This document shows, piece after piece, positions 17,945 to 21,972 of a stretch of DNA of 21,972 nt (positions are counted from its first letter, which is position 1; each line of letters starts with the position of its first letter). The stretch is from Bacillota bacterium (GTDB lineage: Bacteria > Bacillota > JAAYKD01): assembly GCA_963666425.2 (NCBI GenBank), contig CAXXTX010000013.1, positions 1 to 21,972 of the forward strand, given 5' to 3'. A program made the position numbers and the translations under genes. The notes under the pieces were generated by a model. It worked only from the letters and a program-made list of their open reading frames with translations. It was not told where the DNA came from and searched no databases.

Positions 17945-18590
17945 CATTGCCATCTTTGATGAACATAGACTGGTACTGGAAGGTGTTTCTGGTCTCTTAT
18001 CCGGAATTACCGACTTTCGGGTTGTTCTTTCCTGCGATAACCGCGAGGTGCTGGTCGAAAAATTGAAATCAATACAAATTCATGTATTGATACTGAATAT
18101 GCACGACATTTCGGTCCGAAACCTAAACCTCATAGTACAATTAAATATCAGCAGCCCGAAATTAAAAATCCTGATTGTCTCGGTTATTGATAATGAAGAA
18201 ATTGTGCTGAAGACCATCAAAGCCGGAGCCAAAGGTTTTCTCGGAAAAGACTCGGATCGGAATAGTTTGATGGAAGCAATTTACACACTGCGTAACGGAC
18301 ATGATTATTACAGCAAATCAATTACACATTTGCTGCTGAACCGCTATATTTCTGGTCTTAAAGCAGACGAACTGAGCCAAAGCGCCGACCTTGCCAATTT
18401 AAGCTCGCGCCAAGTCGAGATCCTCAAACTTTGGGGCGAAAGCCAAACCAACCAGGAAATTGCCGACCGCTTTTTTATCAGTGTTCGTACGGTTGAATCG
18501 CATAAGAACCACATCATGCAAAAACTCAACTTAAAAAGTACCGTTGATTTGGTGAAGTTTGCGATTAAAAACAATATAATAGAAATATGA
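17937..18590 (+). CDS. NarL/LuxR-family response regulator with an atypical receiver (Asn at the acceptor position)
   Basis: REC domain plus LuxR HTH (LSSRQVEILKL...NQEIADRFFISVRTVESHKNHIMQKL). Strand beta-3 ends VLILN54. The gene overlaps the upstream gene by 8 nt. Confidence 0.92.
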   Translation: MIDIAIFDEHRLVLEGVSGLLSGITDFRVVLSCDNREVLVEKLKSIQIHVLILNMHDISVRNLNLIVQLNISSPKLKILIVSVIDNEEIVLKTIKAGAKGFLGKDSDRNSLMEAIYTLRNGHDYYSKSITHLLLNRYISGLKADELSQSADLANLSSRQVEILKLWGESQTNQEIADRFFISVRTVESHKNHIMQKLNLKSTVDLVKFAIKNNIIEI

Positions 18591-18677
18591 CCGGCAACTG
18601 AAATATATCGATTGCCAGAAATTTGCTTCAATTGATTTCCCCGTTGTGATTCAATCGGTACTTCGCATTTTCTCCCC

Positions 18678-18693
18678 TACGTAAAACACGGAA
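18678..18693 (+). promoter_or_regulatory. Copy 2 of the 16-bp motif (TACGTAAAACACGGAA) upstream of gdhA
   Basis: Imperfect palindrome TACGT-N5-ACGGA, ~130 nt before the ATG. Confidence 0.5.
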
Positions 18694-18820
18694 TTCAACC
18701 AGAACTTATCGCAGTTAAGTTTATGGATATTATTTTTAGGCATTGAAGGCTTTGGATGCTAATCGTGCCACCTTCAAAATTCTGGTACAAATCAAAAAAA
18801 TCATATCTAGAAAATTTATT

Positions 18821-20176
<1,356 letters not shown>

Positions 20177-20191
20177 ATCATTTGATATTAC

Positions 20192-20235
20192 TGACTCGTC
20201 TTAAAAAATCTGTATCGATTTTTTAGGACGAGTCA
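20192..20235. terminator. Long hairpin after gdhA
   Basis: TGACTCGTCTTAAAAAATC-6 nt-GATTTTTTAGGACGAGTCA. Confidence 0.75.
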
Positions 20236-20854
20236 TCAGCCAAACCGTTTAAATGCATGTTGCAGGGATTCCCCTGAAACCCAGTACTAACGATACCAAT
20301 CTGTCCTTTCTGATATCGCTTTCGTTCATGCCTATTGCGTAAAGCATTGCCTGAGCTGGCGGAAGGGCTGTCATCCTGCGTAATTTTTTCGCTGTACTTA
20401 TTTAGTTTTTTGTCCATACCTTAAAATTTTGTGTGGGCTGTGCCAGATTGTGTATTAGGAAATAACGAATCAAACCTCGGTTTTGTTTGTGGAGTCGAAT
20501 AATCATCCGTTGAAGCCATGCATGCCCTTCTTGAACATGTTTGTGGTCAAGAAGGGCATAACGAATGATAAAATGCAATCCTCCAGAAGTAGCCGGATTT
20601 TCCTGGAAACTAACATTAAATGCAGAAATCAGGAAGAAGTTTTATACCACACAACCAAATTGATTGACAGACGTTTTAAACTACGATTAAAGGAATAACG
20701 AACGCTGCCAATTTCTGAAATAGGCGTAAAATTCTTTCGGTAATTTCAGTGTGGTGCCGCTGGGGAATCGATGAAGTGATGGTGCGTTCTGAGTACAGAA
20801 TATTTAAATTTTTATAAAAAAGATATTGTTGTCTTTTTATAAAAACAGCTTGTC

Positions 20855-21013
20855 ATGAAAAAAATAGCAATTAATGGTTTTGGCAGAATTGAAAGATTTT
20901 TGTTGAAAGTGATTCTGGAAACTCCCGGATTGGCGGGTGTAGCAATGAATGAACTGATGAGCATTGAAAACGCAGGGGAAATAATGGTAAATAGTTTAAC
21001 AGACGCAATATGA
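20855..21013 (+). pseudogene. N-terminal remnant of glyceraldehyde-3-phosphate dehydrogenase (52 aa)
   Basis: MKKIAINGFGRIERFLLKVILETPGLAGVAMNELMSIENA matches the GAPDH INGFGRIGR / VAIND motifs, then similarity stops. The rest of the gene is absent. Confidence 0.8.
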
Positions 21014-21032
21014 ATTATTAAAATACTATAGG

Positions 21033-21486
21033 ATGAAAGCAAGATTAAACTACTCAGAAGTAGCCCCCAACGCGATCAAAGGTATGCTTGAACTTGAAAA
21101 AATATGTACATGGTTCAGGGCTCGAACGCCCGCTTTACGAGTTGGTAAAAACCAGGGCTTCACAAATCAACGGATGCGCCTACTGCATTGACATGCACAC
21201 AAAGGATGCCCGCAAGGCCGGTGAAACCGAACAACGTTTATATGCCTTAAATGCCTGGCGCGAAACACCTTTTTATACTGAACGGGAACGCGCTGCATTG
21301 GAATGGACAGAAGCTCTGACACTTATTTCAGAAAATGATGTACCTGAGTTGTTGTACAAAGCTACCCGTGAATATTTTAATGAAGCGGAAATTGTAGCCT
21401 TAACCATGGCCATTATTGCCATCAACGGGTGGAACCGGTTGGCTATAAGTTTTCGTACGGTTCCCGGATCGTATGAAGCGCGATAA
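21033..21486 (+). CDS. Carboxymuconolactone decarboxylase / AhpD-like protein; frameshift in the A run at ~21100
   Basis: True start MKARLNYSEVAPNAIKGMLELEK, then ELVKTRASQINGCAYCIDMH, AWRETPFYTERERAAL and INGWNRL. Confidence 0.9.
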
Positions 21487-21500
21487 TACTGCCAGGTGAA

Positions 21501-21846
21501 ATGGGAAAAATTAAAATCAAACGGATTTACGATGAACCTGAAGAAGGTGATGGTTATCGTATCCTGGTTGACAGGCTTTGGCCACGCGGCGTTTCTAAAA
21601 AGGATGCAAAACTTGACGAGTGGAACAAGGAGATTGTCCCATCACCGGAACTTCGTAAGTGGTTTGACCATAAGGAAGAACGTTTTCAAGAATTTGGACG
21701 CCTATATCGTGAAGAATTAATGGCAAACCCAAAAGAATTAGACCGATTGAAGTCACTTGCTAAAATTGAAGTCGTTACATTGCTGTTCGGAGCCAAAGAC
21801 CCGGAAATCACATGCAGTTTTGCTAAAAGAGTTATTGATTAAATGA
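21501..21846 (+). CDS. DUF488 / YeaO family protein; probable indel near 21810
   Basis: IKRIYD...DGYRILVDRLWPRGVSK...PSPELRKWFDH...VTLLFGAKD. The family-typical tail HAVLLKELLIK* is in the alternative frame ending at 21846. Confidence 0.9.
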
Positions 21847-21972
21847 TCAGGAATAGTGGTATATTATGAAACAAATAGACTTTCCCTTTTTGATACTGGT
21901 GGTTCCTTTCTTCCTGATTTCTCACTTCTGCTTAATTTGGCATATTACTGAAAAATGATTGGTAAAAAGCTC

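Noticed and set aside
20223-20698. Short ORFs 20223-20417 (-) and 20483-20698 (+)
   Set aside because: No recognisable homology, and the first runs into the gdhA hairpin. They cannot be supported, though not excluded.

Overview
Bacteroidota DNA (TAnnTTTG promoters, DUF4099/DUF3945 gene, Bacteroidota-type gdhA neighbourhood). It carries many small indels, mostly in homopolymers, which look like long-read consensus errors. Part 1 (1-~5110) is the end of an integrative/conjugative-type element: methylase-like fragment, DUF4099/DUF3945 gene, AbiEi-AbiEii type IV TA pair, DHFR-family gene with a long structured leader, a 54-bp palindrome and a probable tRNA-3' att remnant. Part 2 (~5160-9810) holds AT-rich cargo genes and an IS21 (istA/istB) with no target duplication. 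The IS joins the 3' ends of two unrelated genes, one of them cydB-like, which points to an IS-associated deletion. Part 3 (10131-20235) is the most interesting. Three Rnk/GreA-like paralogues and an unannotated 40-aa basic ORF face away from a MarR-type gene. That gene is followed by a degenerate NfnA/PyrK-like protein, a 1405-aa 3xGAF-like/receiver/PEP-synthase ATP-grasp/His-domain protein, a coupled NarL-type regulator lacking the acceptor Asp, and gdhA. A shared 16-bp motif lies upstream of both the NfnA-like gene and gdhA. This is a candidate non-canonical signalling system for glutamate dehydrogenase/nitrogen or redox control (inference). Part 4 has a GAPDH N-terminal remnant, an AhpD/CMD gene and a DUF488 gene. 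All family calls come from reading motifs by eye; no searches were run.
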